In this document: positions 50,851 to 62,098 of the stretch, in pieces
Layout of the letters: every line of letters starts with the position of its first letter
Numbering within the stretch: position 1 is the first letter of the stretch
DNA from: Octopus bimaculoides
Lineage: Eukaryota
Assembly: GCF_001194135.2 (NCBI RefSeq)
Contig: NC_068984.1
Coordinates: forward strand, 103,879,790-103,943,789
Length of the DNA: 64,000 bases
Reading direction: 5' to 3'
Position numbers and translations under genes: made by a program
The notes under the pieces: generated by a model
What the model saw: the letters and a program-made list of their open reading frames with translations, nothing else
The model's database searches: none
What the model was told of the DNA's origin: nothing

Positions 50851-51906
50851 ACACATGGTTGCTCAACCTACTCAACCAAATATCGCAGATTGCTATCTGA
50901 AGGTTATATTGAACATTATAGTTATATTGATTCATATAGTTATATTGAAAAGATAATTACATACTACCCGATATACAAACAGAATTGCCACAAATGTAAT
51001 ACGTTTCATCTTAGTTTTTTTGTTCAATTATGACTGATCTGAGACTATAACAACTAAGGTAAACAATGGACAGATTTTGCAGTCTCTGTACTTGCTAGAA
51101 ACAACAGTCTACTGTTTTCAGTTGGAAAATGTAGTTCTACATGTACAAAAAGAAAATATACAGGTGGACAAATGTAAGCATGAAGCATAGCTGTGTGATT
51201 AAAAAGTTTGTTTCCCAACCATGTAGCTTTCTGGGCAGGTGCCTTCTGCTATAGCACAAGGCCAACCAAAGTCTTGAGTAGATTTGATAGACAAAACCAA
51301 AATAAGCCTGTCATATATATATATATATACATACACACACATCTGTGTGCATGTGTCTCCTTGCCTTGACATTGCATGATAGCTATAAATATGTTGCCAT
51401 CAAATAAGCAGTATCATTTGTGTCCAATCTGCCATGGAAACACGTTCAGCCATGAGGAAAATATTACTTTGCTTGGAAACAGGCAGTGGTTGGTAACAAG
51501 AAGGGCATCCAAATGTAGAAAATCTTCTGTAAGGAATTCTGTTCAACCCATGGAAAAATGAATGTTAAATCAATGATGATTTATAAACAGATAGCAGCTG
51601 TTACACCTTCCCAAAGTAATTCATATTTACAAACCCACCATAACTTGACACAAGGATTAAGGATGTAGAGAGATGGAAAGAAAATTTACTTTGATATACA
51701 AGTGGAAGACATGTTAAGGTGAGTTTTTCAAAATTAAAACCTGTAAAATCAACAATTTAATAACCAGAATATTTAATATTGTAGCAGCATTTTTTTTTCT
51801 CTCAGTCATCACATTATCACTTTACATCAATGTTTCTTTCTTATATTTGAATACAAAATAGAGACTACAACAGTATTATTTCTACACAGATGAAATTGTT
51901 TCTTAC

Positions 51907-52121
51907 CATATTACTAAAAGTAAATCCTGACAATTTATCTGCTGCATGAACACTCCAAACATCAGCAAGGATAGTATTTGGTCCTTTGGCATCAGCTCTA
52001 ACCATATCAAAACAGGAATTTTCTGGCCGAATTTCTGTATCTGTAAACACTTCCAATGGCCATTCAAAGTCTTGATAGGTGTTAAAGTCACCAAGAAGTA
52101 CTACATTTTCAAGTTCTTTTT
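51907..52121 (-). CDS. EEP protein, coding exon 4 (GDFN motif)
   Basis: CAACAG|AA acceptor (phase 1) and ATG|GTAAGA donor (phase 0); VVLLGDFN...LADVW..FTFSNM. Confidence 0.88.
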
Positions 52122-52734
52122 CTGTTGGTATACAAAACACGATAAATATAAATTACAGAGTATTAAATTGATAGACAGGCAAAATTCCATTCTTGCAATC
52201 TACACCTATTTCAAAAAATTACTGATATTTTTTTGTTTTTTGTTCTTACTGTGCACACAAGGATAGGGGATACATATGTTGGTTTAACTAACTGCAGTAG
52301 AGGACCAAATTTGACAGATGGCAAAGTCAACCTCAATTCTTGAACTCAGAACATCCAAGAGCAAAACTTCTACAAGACATTTAGTTAGAACTCTACCATT
52401 TTTGTTACTCCACCTTATTTCAGAACAGAAATCACACATTAGGTATTGTTTAATTATCGAAGCTTCCATATAATGGTTTTTTGTAGATTCAATGAAAGAT
52501 AAAAATGAGCAAAATTTATTGTTAGGGATCCTAACTAGCTGTGAGAAAGTTGAGTATAATCTTTGAAGTTAACCCTGATGAAATATACTGGAGTCCAGTC
52601 CTGGTCAAATAGACTTATGATGAAATGAAGTGCAACCATTAACCCACCATTTTTTTGTCAAGCCATTTTTAAGAGTATGATATAAGGAAGATTTGATTGC
52701 TATTTCTAGTAAGTTGTGTGGCCAGTGTTGTCTA

Positions 52735-52965
52735 CTATATCCTCAGGCCAACCAAAGCCTTGTGAGTGGATTTGGTAGACGGAAACTGAAAGAAGCCCAT
52801 CATATGTATGTTGGTGTGTTTACGTCCCCGAAAACTTGCAGTTCGGCAAGAGATCAATAGAATAAGTACTAGGCTTACAAAAGAATAAATCTTGGGGTCA
52901 ATTTGTTTGACTAAAGACAGTACTCCAGCATGACCACACTCAAGTGACTGAAACAAGTAAAAGAA
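52735..52965 (+). mobile_element. SINE 3' part (7080 family)
   Basis: CCAAAGCCTTGTGAGTGGATTTGGTAGACGGAAACTG...GACTGAAACAAGTAAAAGA. Confidence 0.8.
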
Positions 52966-53119
52966 CATGGAATAGATGTGAAATTAATGATGATAATTAG
53001 AAAAAAAAATTCAAATAACAGTATATTTTTATAAAAGCAGGAAATGATACACAATATTGTTTAATTAGACTTTTTACACTGATGTGCTAATTAAGGTTGT
53101 TATACAGTAATAGGAGTGG

Positions 53120-53490
53120 AGGCGCAATGGCCCAGTGGTTAGGGCAGCGGACTCGCGGTTTTGATTCCCAGACCGGGCGTTGTGAGTGTTTATTGAGCGA
53201 AAACACCTAAAAGCTCCACGAGGCTCCGGCAGGGTATGGTGGTGAACCCTGCTGTACTCTTTCACCACAACTTTCTCTCACTCTTACTTCTTGTTTCTGT
53301 TGTGCCTGTAATTCAAAGGGTCAGCCTTGTCACACTGTGTCACGCTGAATATCCACGAGAACTACGTTAAGGGTACACGTGTCTGTGGAGTGCTCAGCCA
53401 CTTGCATGTTAATTTCACGAGCAGGCTGTTCCGTTGATCGGATCAACTGGAACCCTCGACGTCGTAAGCGACGGAATGCCAACAACAATA
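53120..53490 (+). mobile_element. Young tRNA-derived SINE (second family)
   Basis: GGCGCAATGGCCCAGTGGTTAGGGCAGCGG (A box)..TTGATTCCCAGACC (B box); CpGs intact; tail GCCAACAACAAT. Confidence 0.8.
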
Positions 53491-53860
53491 GCAATAGGAA
53501 CAATTTCATGATTTTGTTAAATTCCAAATCAACCCTGACTGAGACTGGGTAGACATAACATGCATATTCTAGCCAAGATCATCCCATCTTTTTTACCAGA
53601 TTAATACATATATAAGACTATATAACATCAAAAGTTTTCCAGTTGAGAACACTGAGGTTTTTATTCAGGCATAGTATATCCAGGACTATATAATCCAATG
53701 TATTTTTGTCCAACTGATGTAAGCATGGGAATATTAAAATAATGATGATGATTTCTACAGTTAGAAATAATATAAAGTGTCAATTTACATATCAGAAATT
53801 ATCAACTTAGCTTGTTCAAATAGTTTTGTGAAGAAAATATAAAAAGATTTGCAAACTAAC

Positions 53861-54070
53861 CTGAGATGTAATGCAATATTCTGGCTGCATTGTTACACTG
53901 TTGCTGTCTGTCGTATGAAAAATGTACAGTCAGAACATGTATAGCTGAGTCTTCACTATAACCTATCATAGCATGAAGAGCAATCCTTTGATTTGTATCG
54001 GGGCCACTCATGTAGGGAATACTGATTGTTGTTGATTTAAGTATTGGAAGCTTGCTAAGAATACCAATGC
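53861..54070 (-). CDS. EEP protein, coding exon 3
   Basis: TTGACAG|GC acceptor and TCAG|GTTAGT donor (both phase 1); GIGILSKLPI..RIALHA..VLTVHFSY. Confidence 0.88.
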
Positions 54071-54141
54071 CTGTCAATAGAAATAAAAATTGAAAGATGT
54101 TACATAAATTTTTTTTTTAAGTGCAGAAATAAAGAAATATA

Positions 54142-54345
54142 TGAACCCTTTTGTTATTAGATTTCTGTTGAAATATGCTACCTTTGCTTCACTTAATTTT
54201 TAAAATAACTCATCATTTTGCTGGAATTTGGAACATAAATAGCATGAAATTTTGATGCAAGGTTTTCATTTAGATCACTTTAAAACAGGAAATTTGTGTC
54301 TTAGAACAAGGGTGGTCTCAGACAGGCTGGTATCAAAAGGGTGAA
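54142..54345. mobile_element. piggyBac-type MITE flanked by TGAA
   Basis: TGAA-CCCTTTTGTTA...GGTATCAAAAGGG-TGAA. Confidence 0.7.
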
Positions 54346-54872
54346 TCTCTTACTAATCTAAATATATATATATTTTTTTTTAAGACAGGGATTATAACAG
54401 TAGTAGAATTTAGCAATTAAGAAACAATAATTAAGAATAATTTCAAATACTTAATGAAAATAAATGCCACTGTTTGCCAATACAATTATGTTTTTTGCAA
54501 AACTGTTTGTGCTCTATTTTAACTTTCAGAAAGAACACATTTACCCACGATTAATCATAAAAAGAAAAAAGAAAAGAAAAACAAGTGAACTCAAGTTGAA
54601 GAGGCCAAACTAACTCACAAGATATTTTAGAAAATAGTCTCAATATTTTAAAATAATTTCTGATCTAAGTAAGATATGAATACAGATAGATATATGGATA
54701 AAAATACTCTATCTCTGTGAGCATGTCAGTGTGTGTGTGAGATAGAAATAGAAAGGGAGAGTGTGTGTGTGTGTGTGTGCCTGTGTACAAATATTATAAT
54801 GACCCAACAAACTTGTACTCATCTTCAAACCCTACAACTATATTGTTATTTTGTCACAAAACTCATAATAAC

Positions 54873-55053
54873 CTTCTCGTTCCCATCCATTCCAATAGGT
54901 GTGCCTGGGTTTCTGTACATCATTTGCAGGTTGAACAACCATCCAATTGAAGTCTGCAAGTTTCTCTTGCAGCTCCAACAACTGACTTCTAACACTGCTA
55001 GAATCCATTCGAACTTCCTGGAATGCTATCACATCAGGATTAATAGTTTCTAT
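54873..55053 (-). CDS. EEP protein, coding exon 2 (QEV motif)
   Basis: TTCAG|ATA acceptor (phase 0) and GAAG|GTTATT donor (phase 1); INPDVIAFQEVR. Confidence 0.88.
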
Positions 55054-55548
55054 CTGAAGTAAAAATTTTTTGAAAAAAATGTTTAAGAGAAGGTTTTTGA
55101 TATACATTTTTACATTATACATTTTATATACATTAATCTGATATGATGAATGCAGCTATTAATACAGTTGTTCTATAACAAATACCATTCCAGATCTTGT
55201 AGATTATAATAATGGTCATACAGGAAACAGATAAATGAAACAAACGAGAGCTAATTTTAAAAGACAAAGGGGACAGTTGCAGAAATGATTATGAGAGGGA
55301 GATGGTATGTAAAACAATAAAAGCAGTGAAGGATGTAAGTCTTTCAGGATAATCAATGAGGTGCTGAAAATACAAAGTTACATAATTGTCACATACTTAG
55401 CTAAGATCAATCAAAATAACATTATCACCTTGATGACTAGCAGCATTAATTATCAACTGCATTTCATATTTATATATTTAAAAATATAAACTTGCAGTAA
55501 AACATTATTTACATTTGACGGATATTTGTCCTCATCTTGTTTGTTGTT

Positions 55549-55594
55549 AACACAACGTTTTGGCTGATATACTCTCCAGCCTTCATCAGGTGTC
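55549..55594 (-). ncRNA. Minimal hammerhead motif (second family, G12 decayed)
   Basis: Minus strand GACAC-CTGATGA-A-GGCTG..CAGCC-AAAAC-GTT-GTGTT. Confidence 0.65.
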
Positions 55595-55792
55595 TTGGGG
55601 AAATTTCAAACCTGGGTTTTCATTCCTACGCCATATGCCCATGGGCATATGGCATAGTGGTTAAGAGCGTGGGCTACTAACCCCAAGATTCCAAGTTTGA
55701 TTCTAGGCAGTGACCTGAATGATAATAATAATAATAATAATAACATTGAAAAATACCTTAGGAATGAGAACCCAGGTTCAAAATTTCCCCAA

Positions 55793-55838
55793 AACACCTG
55801 ATGAAGGCTGGAGGGTATATCAGCCGAAATGATGTGTT
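55793..55838 (+). ncRNA. Minimal hammerhead motif (second family, stem III decayed)
   Basis: AACAC-CTGATGA-A-GGCTG GAGGGTATAT CAGCC-GAAAT-GAT-GTGTT; stems I and II pair perfectly. Confidence 0.65.
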
Positions 55839-56153
55839 AACAACAAGATGAGGACAAATATCCATCAAATGTAAATAATGTACATAGTTCCTCATCTCTT
55901 AAATATAGAATTGAAATAAAACAGTTGATAATGCTACTGCCAGTTTGGTTGCAACATACTGTGGCTGAATCAGCAAATATTTCCCTCATTTAGTCTCTCA
56001 CAGAATTCCATCAAATTCTAGAACAAAGATTGAATACTCCTGATGTAGAAGTTCACTCTTTGAACCTCAAATATGCAATTACATTTGACTACAGTCCTGG
56101 AAGGTGCAAAACTTAGTGGCTCGTTAATTGGCAGAAACATCATTATTTTCAGC

Positions 56154-57411
56154 TACATGAGGGTCAGCTGAAAAGTTCATAGCCTGACCAAGATACTCTC
56201 ATGGAATGTAACCAAATGTGGTATACTTTTCAACAAAGCCCTCCTTGTAACCCATACCTTTCTTCCATCAGTGTTGCAGTGCTTGGATTCCATTGCTGAA
56301 GAAGCTTTCATACTGTTGGTCAAAAAAGGCATCAATAGCAGATATTACATCATCATCACTGCGATACTGGTTCCCAGTCAAGTGTTTTTCATGTTGGGGA
56401 ACAGATGATAGTCAGATGAGACGAAATCAAGAGAATAGGGAGAGTGATCAGCCAGTCATGCACAGCAGCCATTGAAACCAAGGACTTGTGTGCTGGAGTA
56501 TTGTCCTGATGAAACAAGACCCCTTTTGTCAGTTTTCTAAGATGTTTGTTCTTTATAGCCTTTTATAACTGCCTCAACAAGTTGCAAGTTGGTATAGTAC
56601 TCTCCATTGATGGTGTGGTCCTTTTGAAGATAGTCAATAAACACAATGCCTTTTGCACCTACAGATGAAATATCATTCGCCTTCTTCAGACCAGATGAGG
56701 AGAGATGTTTCCACTGCATAGATTGTCTCTGGCTCAGTAATGAAGCCAACACTCATCCTGAGTTAGGAAACCTTCAAGGAAATCAGCTGGATCTGCCTCA
56801 AACAATGTCAGATTTTTCTGTAATGTGATCAGCCTGGTGTGCTTTTTGATCAGGAGTTATAAATGGCACCCACTAAACAGAAACCTTCATTATGCTAAGC
56901 TCATTGTGCAGAATATTCTCTGCTCTCTCAGAGGATATGCTAATAGCATTGGCATTTGATTTATAGTCAATCACCTGTCATCCATCACTATGTAGTGAAC
57001 GTGATCAATGTTTTCTTTGGTGGTGGTGGCAGTTGCAGGACGTCCAGACTTTGGGTCATCTTCAAGACTTTCCCATCCCCTTCTAAATTCAACAACCCAC
57101 TTTTGCACTGTTAATAAAGCTAGAGCATCATCCCTTAAATGTAGCAACCACGTCAGCATGAATGTTCTTGGGAACGAAACCCTTTTTATGCAGGTATTTG
57201 ATAACACCATGATGCCAAATTTTATCCATTTTCAACAGAAGTCGCTACTAGTTAGTTTTGAAGTCTTCTTGGAAGTCAGGTGTCAGTTTGCCAGGGAAGA
57301 AATATTTCGGTTATTAATAAGAATAGTTGAAATTAATGCATGTAAGATTTCACAACTCTAGCATCACTCCTTCATAATCAGCCGCATTGAGCCTTTCAGC
57401 TCACTCTCGTA
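56154..57411 (-). mobile_element. Full-length decayed mariner transposon (~1.26 kb)
   Basis: TA-flanked TIRs (GAG(G/A)GT(C/G)AGCTGAAA); KWVVEFRRG..LEDDPKSGRP, QRQSMQWKH and KGIVFIDYLQK..TINGEYY fragments. Confidence 0.88.
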
Positions 57412-58497
57412 ATTGTTAACATTCAATGATTTAGTAGAATATACCCTCGTCTGTATTTATTATAAATTACACCAAAATGAAATCTCAAAACATCAAGATG
57501 TTTGGGGATCTCATTACTAGGTGTCGTTTTAACTCGAAGCAATGCTCAGCAATCTGTTTTTGATTCCTTACAGGCTGTCTTAAGCTAAAAACAATATGAA
57601 ATATTTCAAAATACGAAATAAGGGATCATTATTCGAAAATGATATTGTCGCAAACAACACGCATAAGAAAATAATTGCATGTTTTATAAGTAAACCTAAC
57701 AGAAAATAAATCTGGGAGTATGAGCTCTGGGACAAGCAGTCTTAGAGATCTGGTCTAATTAACCCTGTTGACTTAACAAGAAACAAGATGAGTAATGTTT
57801 TTGTGTGTGGTGCGTGCGCGCGCGCGAATGACGCAGTGCCCACTCGATCCCCTTTTGAGAATATTTCTGATTCCTTTACATTTTGATTAAAAATAAAACA
57901 AATCGACTTAAAACAAACAATATATATATATATACACAAAACAATAAAGAGACTAATACATCTTCAAATTTTTCTTCAAGCGTTAATTATGCTTCCAATT
58001 GTTGTAGAGTTAAATCCCCAAAAATATCCATGATCCAGCGAAGCGAATCCGGATTTACCCATCAGATGAATTACAGTGGGGATTGCTCACCCTAAGCGAT
58101 CCCTACTTGATGTGGTTACGGAACCTGGAATATACCTGAGGGGTCTTACGGTACCCGCATGGATAATTTATCCCTATATTATATATCCCATCGTATTATA
58201 TATATATATATATATATATNNNNNNNNNNNNNNNNNNNNNNNNNNNNNNNNNNNNNNNNNNNNNNNNNTATATATTTGTTAGGAAACCCACTAATTTTCG
58301 GGGAAAAGCTGAATCGAATAGATGTATTTTATGAGAATATCTATAATAATAAAAATAATAAATTATTAAAATCACATTTAACAGGTATATTAATGTGTAA
58401 AAGTCACACAGGTTTTCATAACATCGAAGCTGTTGAAAGAAAATACTAACAGAACAAGACATTAAATGAAAATTAAGAAAGGAAATAAACTGCTCAC

Positions 58498-58656
58498 CAT
58501 TTCAATCACTCGCATTTTTCTAACTTCCCAATTGAACATTATGTTCCATAGATTATAAGTGGCAACTTTCAAACTCAAAGTGCAATGGAATATAACAGAC
58601 AGAACTAGGATTGTTAAGGAAAATCGCGACATGGCATAATGTAAATAATACACCAT
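58498..58656 (-). CDS. EEP protein, coding exon 1 (signal peptide and TYNLW motif)
   Basis: ATG at 58656 (alternative 58632); MSRFSLTILVLSVIFHCTLS|LKVATYNLWN; ATG|GTGAGC donor (phase 0); five exons total 1434 nt = 477 aa plus stop. Confidence 0.85.
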
Positions 58657-58829
58657 GTTTACATTGATCAAGAACTTATTGCGACCGCTGATTAATCCAG
58701 AAAGATGCGATGTCGAAGATAATTTATTAAAAACATATTCTTAGAGGGAAAGTTATTGTTTTCTGCTCTAACCATTAATAAACACCTGAATATATACTAA
58801 CAACAACAACAATCGTAACAACACTACAC

Positions 58830-58880
58830 GGTGAGCCGCCATAATTTCGCCAGGTTCACAATTGCGCATGCGCACATAAT
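58830..58880. promoter_or_regulatory. Promoter motifs between the divergent EEP and PRPF18 genes
   Basis: Perfect palindromic NRF1-type TGCGCATGCGCA at 58863-58874 and YY1-like GCCGCCAT at 58835, about 200 bp upstream of the EEP ATG. Confidence 0.5.
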
Positions 58881-60282
58881 GTTTTGCACTCAATAGTTTT
58901 GCTGTTCTTGAACAGAACTTTCTCAAATATGAATTAATTAATTAATTCAGATAGTTTGAAGTATTAATTACAACAAAGCCTTATTATGCTTCAGCTTGTA
59001 TTTGATTACCTAAAATATGCGAAGTAACATGAAACAATATCTGTTAAACTGATTTTATGGTCTAACAAATGGCATTAAAGAAAATTCCCCAATTGTGTGG
59101 GATTAAGGTCTACAAATTTGTGGTCACCATCAGTACGAACAATGATACCGTAAATCAATAAAGTATATTACAATGTTTTATAACTAAAACAACTACCATT
59201 ATATACGTCTTATGTCGGCAAAGAGCCGTGGCTCTTCTGTAGGGCATGAGTATAATCAATTTTAATTGATCCGGGTTGAACTCGATTTTTAATTAGTCAG
59301 TTCCAGAGACGAAAGGCAAATTCGACCCTGACGGGAATTTACTTGCCCTAAAGTATTCAACTTTACAACAGTTGTAAAAAAAACTGTACATATGCACGTC
59401 TCGGATCTTTTGCCAAAAGGGAAAAGATCCCAAGTGAATTATTTTTTCTATGTACCGGCCAAAAGGAAAAGATCCCAAGTCTCTCCACGGCAACAACGTT
59501 ATCAAAAAAGAAAAAATGAAAGGACTGATATAGTTTGGCACCAGTGTCGTCGCCAAATGTACCAGATAAAACAAGATATCTCAAACGACTAGAATTTATT
59601 GCCCCCCCCCCGAAAGGACGGAAAATAAAGTTAACCACAGTAGGAGTTGAACTCAAAGAGTTCAAAAGAAACCGAAAAGAAATTTGACTCAAAAAAGCTA
59701 CCAGTTCGGTCACCTTTTACAGAATGTGTAATTGGGGTCAAAGTTCCTTAGAATACAGTTCTTACTTCTTTTTCCTAGTTTTTGAAGTCAAATAAGCAAA
59801 ATGGAACATATTTCTTGTAACATAAGATATCCTGAAATAAATATCCAAAGAAAAATACAGAGGGATTTCAGATTAATATAACGTTAAAAGCAAGGCGTTA
59901 GTTGTTAATAATTCCACAGTCCAACAAATATATTATAGATATTAATCCCTTTTCAGGAAAAGCATCGATATGATCTCGAAAGAACGCGAGAATCAAAATA
60001 AATGAATGCACGAAAAAGAAAAATTAAAAGGTGAGAGGGTGAAATATCAATCATAAAAAAATTACTTTACAAAAGATATGGAGTAAAGCTAAACAGGATA
60101 ACACTTTATGACCAGTTCGCATGACTATTATTCGTAGGAGAAGGGGAAAAAATTTGGTAAAAGCTTTTCTTTTGTTGTACAAGTCTATCTTTTTGATATC
60201 ATTTGAAATGACGCTTGACTCCGTGATCAATGTTAAATTTTATAAGGGACTTGTTCTTGAGAAACACCGTTTCAAATGCAAA

Positions 60283-60345
60283 ATGGATTTATTAAAGGCT
60301 GAGATCGAAAGGAAAAAAAGACAACTAGATGAGAGTCAGGTTTTG
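60283..60345 (+). CDS. PRPF18: Pre-mRNA-splicing factor 18, coding exon 1
   Basis: MDLLKAEIERKKRQLDESQVL resembles the PRPF18 N-terminus as I recall it (MDILKSEILRKRQL); TTG|GTAAGC donor. Confidence 0.85.
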
Positions 60346-61301
60346 GTAAGCTAGGTTTGATTTGTATTTTGAAGATGATCTCTTAATGAATATAACGAGT
60401 GTTGTATGATGGTATCAAAATACTATTTGATTTCATATCTGTTATCTGTATTTTGTCTTATATTCCAGACCTTCTAATTCCATTTTCATGCAATTTTAAA
60501 TTTCATTCACAGTGAAGTATCGGCAGTATTTACATTAAAGAAAATTATCGGAGAATTTTCTTCTAATTCTTCCAAATCTTTCTGTTTTGAAACCATTTGT
60601 GGTTTCAGAAACCTTTCTGATTACTTGTTAGTTGGGTATAGCTAGTGAAGTCCCCTTCCGAGATTTTGTTTCCCCGAATTTAATATAAAATGCATATTTT
60701 TAATGAAATTTTCCAAATGTATTTTAAATGTCCTAAATTATGATAGTGTCGTATAAAAATGAACAAGGGTTTTTTGTTCACTTTTGTTAAAAATCAGCTG
60801 GGATCAATTAACTCGATTATATATGTGTGTGAGATAGCTTATTTATAATAATTTTGTATTTTCAGTACACTCTCTAATACAAATAGCTTTAAAAAGTGGG
60901 GTTTTTTTCACTAATCTATAATTATTTTAGTACCTTGCTTTGGGTTTGTTCAATTTGAATTAAAAATCACAAAATTACAAATTATTATTTTACACTACAA
61001 AGCCTTGCAACTAATATAATTTCACTTAAAAAAATTTTAATGTCACGGTATCCTGTATTCGAACATTAATAAATGACCGAGATACAACATTAACCGTCTT
61101 TTAAAAGTTACGAGAAACAATTACTGTTCTTTAGAATTTCAGAAAACAAAAAATGATCGAACTATTGTTCTCCTAAGTATTGCTAAATTATTAATGAATT
61201 GTGAAATATTCCTTCATATTCAAATTTTTATTTTTATTCCATTTTTGTCAAAGAATCATGCTTGTGTGAAAAATGCAAACTTTTATTGTTACATTTTGAA
61301 G

Positions 61302-61409
61302 GTTCCTGGCAAAAAATATTTTAAGCGTGGAGATTTGGCGAAGCATTATCAGCAGAGTTTTTATAATAGAAATTCTTATGATGTTGAAAATTCTTCTACT
61401 AATGAGGAG
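61302..61409 (+). CDS. PRPF18: Pre-mRNA-splicing factor 18, coding exon 2 (gene continues beyond the window)
   Basis: TTTTGAAG|GTT acceptor and GAG|GTAAGT donor; VPGKKYFKRGDLA matches the KKYFKRSELA motif. Confidence 0.85.
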
Positions 61410-61540
61410 GTAAGTTCTCAAAACTTCCAGCTCTCATATTGCATATCTGTAAATAACAACCGGCAAGACTTCTGACGGCCCCCACCAAAAAACCACCTGG
61501 GCGGAAGTCTTTCCTAATAACCATATATATATATATATAT

Positions 61541-61756
61541 ATTTCTTTATTGCCCACAGGGGGCTAAACATAGAGGGGACAAACAAGGACAGACAAAGGG
61601 ATTAAGTCGATTACATCGACCCAGTGCATAACTGGTACTTATTTAATCGACCCCGAAAGGATGAAAGGCAAAGTCGACCTCGGCGGAATTTAAACTCCGA
61701 AATACCGCTAGACATTTTGCCCGGCATGCTAACGATTCTGCCAGCTTGCCGCCCTA
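61541..61756 (-). mobile_element. tRNA-derived SINE (third family, Meta-domain-like)
   Basis: Minus strand GGCGGCAAGCTGGCAGAATCGTTAGC..GTCGACTTTGCCTTTCATCCTTTCGGGGTCGATTAAATAAGTACCAG..AATAAAGAAAT. Confidence 0.75.
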
Positions 61757-61913
61757 TATATTGTTTNNNNNNNNNNNNNNNNNNNNNNNNNNNNNNNNNN
61801 NNNNNNNNNNNNNNNNNNNNNNNNNNNNNNNNNNNNNNNNNNNNNNNNNNNNNNNNNNNNNNNNNNNNNNNNNNNNNNNNNNNNNNNNNNNNNNNNNNNN
61901 NNNNNNNNNNNNN

Positions 61914-61945
61914 NGAGAGAGAGAGAGAGATACATACATACATAG

Positions 61946-61977
<32 letters not shown>

Positions 61978-62098
61978 TACATACATACATAGATATATAT
62001 GAGAGAGAGAGAGAGAGATAGATACATACATAGATATATATGAGAGAGAGAGAGATAGATAGATACATACATAGATATATATGAGAGAGAGAGAGAGA
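61914..62098. repeat. Compound minisatellite (GA)n-TACATACATAGATATATAT, about 5 units
   Basis: Directly visible. Confidence 0.9.

Larger units (their letters stand above)
55502..55911 (+). mobile_element. tRNA-headed, hammerhead-containing short element with inverted partial duplication
   Basis: A box TGGCATAGTGG and B-box-like GTTTGATTC at 55650-55705, then (AAT)n, then a hammerhead; 55502-55628 is the reverse complement of 55759-55881. Confidence 0.7.

Noticed and set aside
52284-52469. Minus-strand ORF inside the EEP gene as an extra exon
   Set aside because: Exons 3 and 4 already join in phase with complete EEP motif order; no good splice sites
55642-55715. Possible tRNA gene
   Set aside because: The acceptor stem and T arm are degenerate and it is embedded in a repeat; treated as a tRNA-derived head, as are the SINE heads at 7080, 53120 and 61756
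57700-58180. CpG-containing intronic segments as possible snoRNA or enhancer
   Set aside because: No clear C/D or H/ACA boxes with terminal stems were found
59363-59713. 116-aa minus-strand ORF between the EEP gene and PRPF18
   Set aside because: TTG start, overlaps repeat fragments and has no recognisable motif
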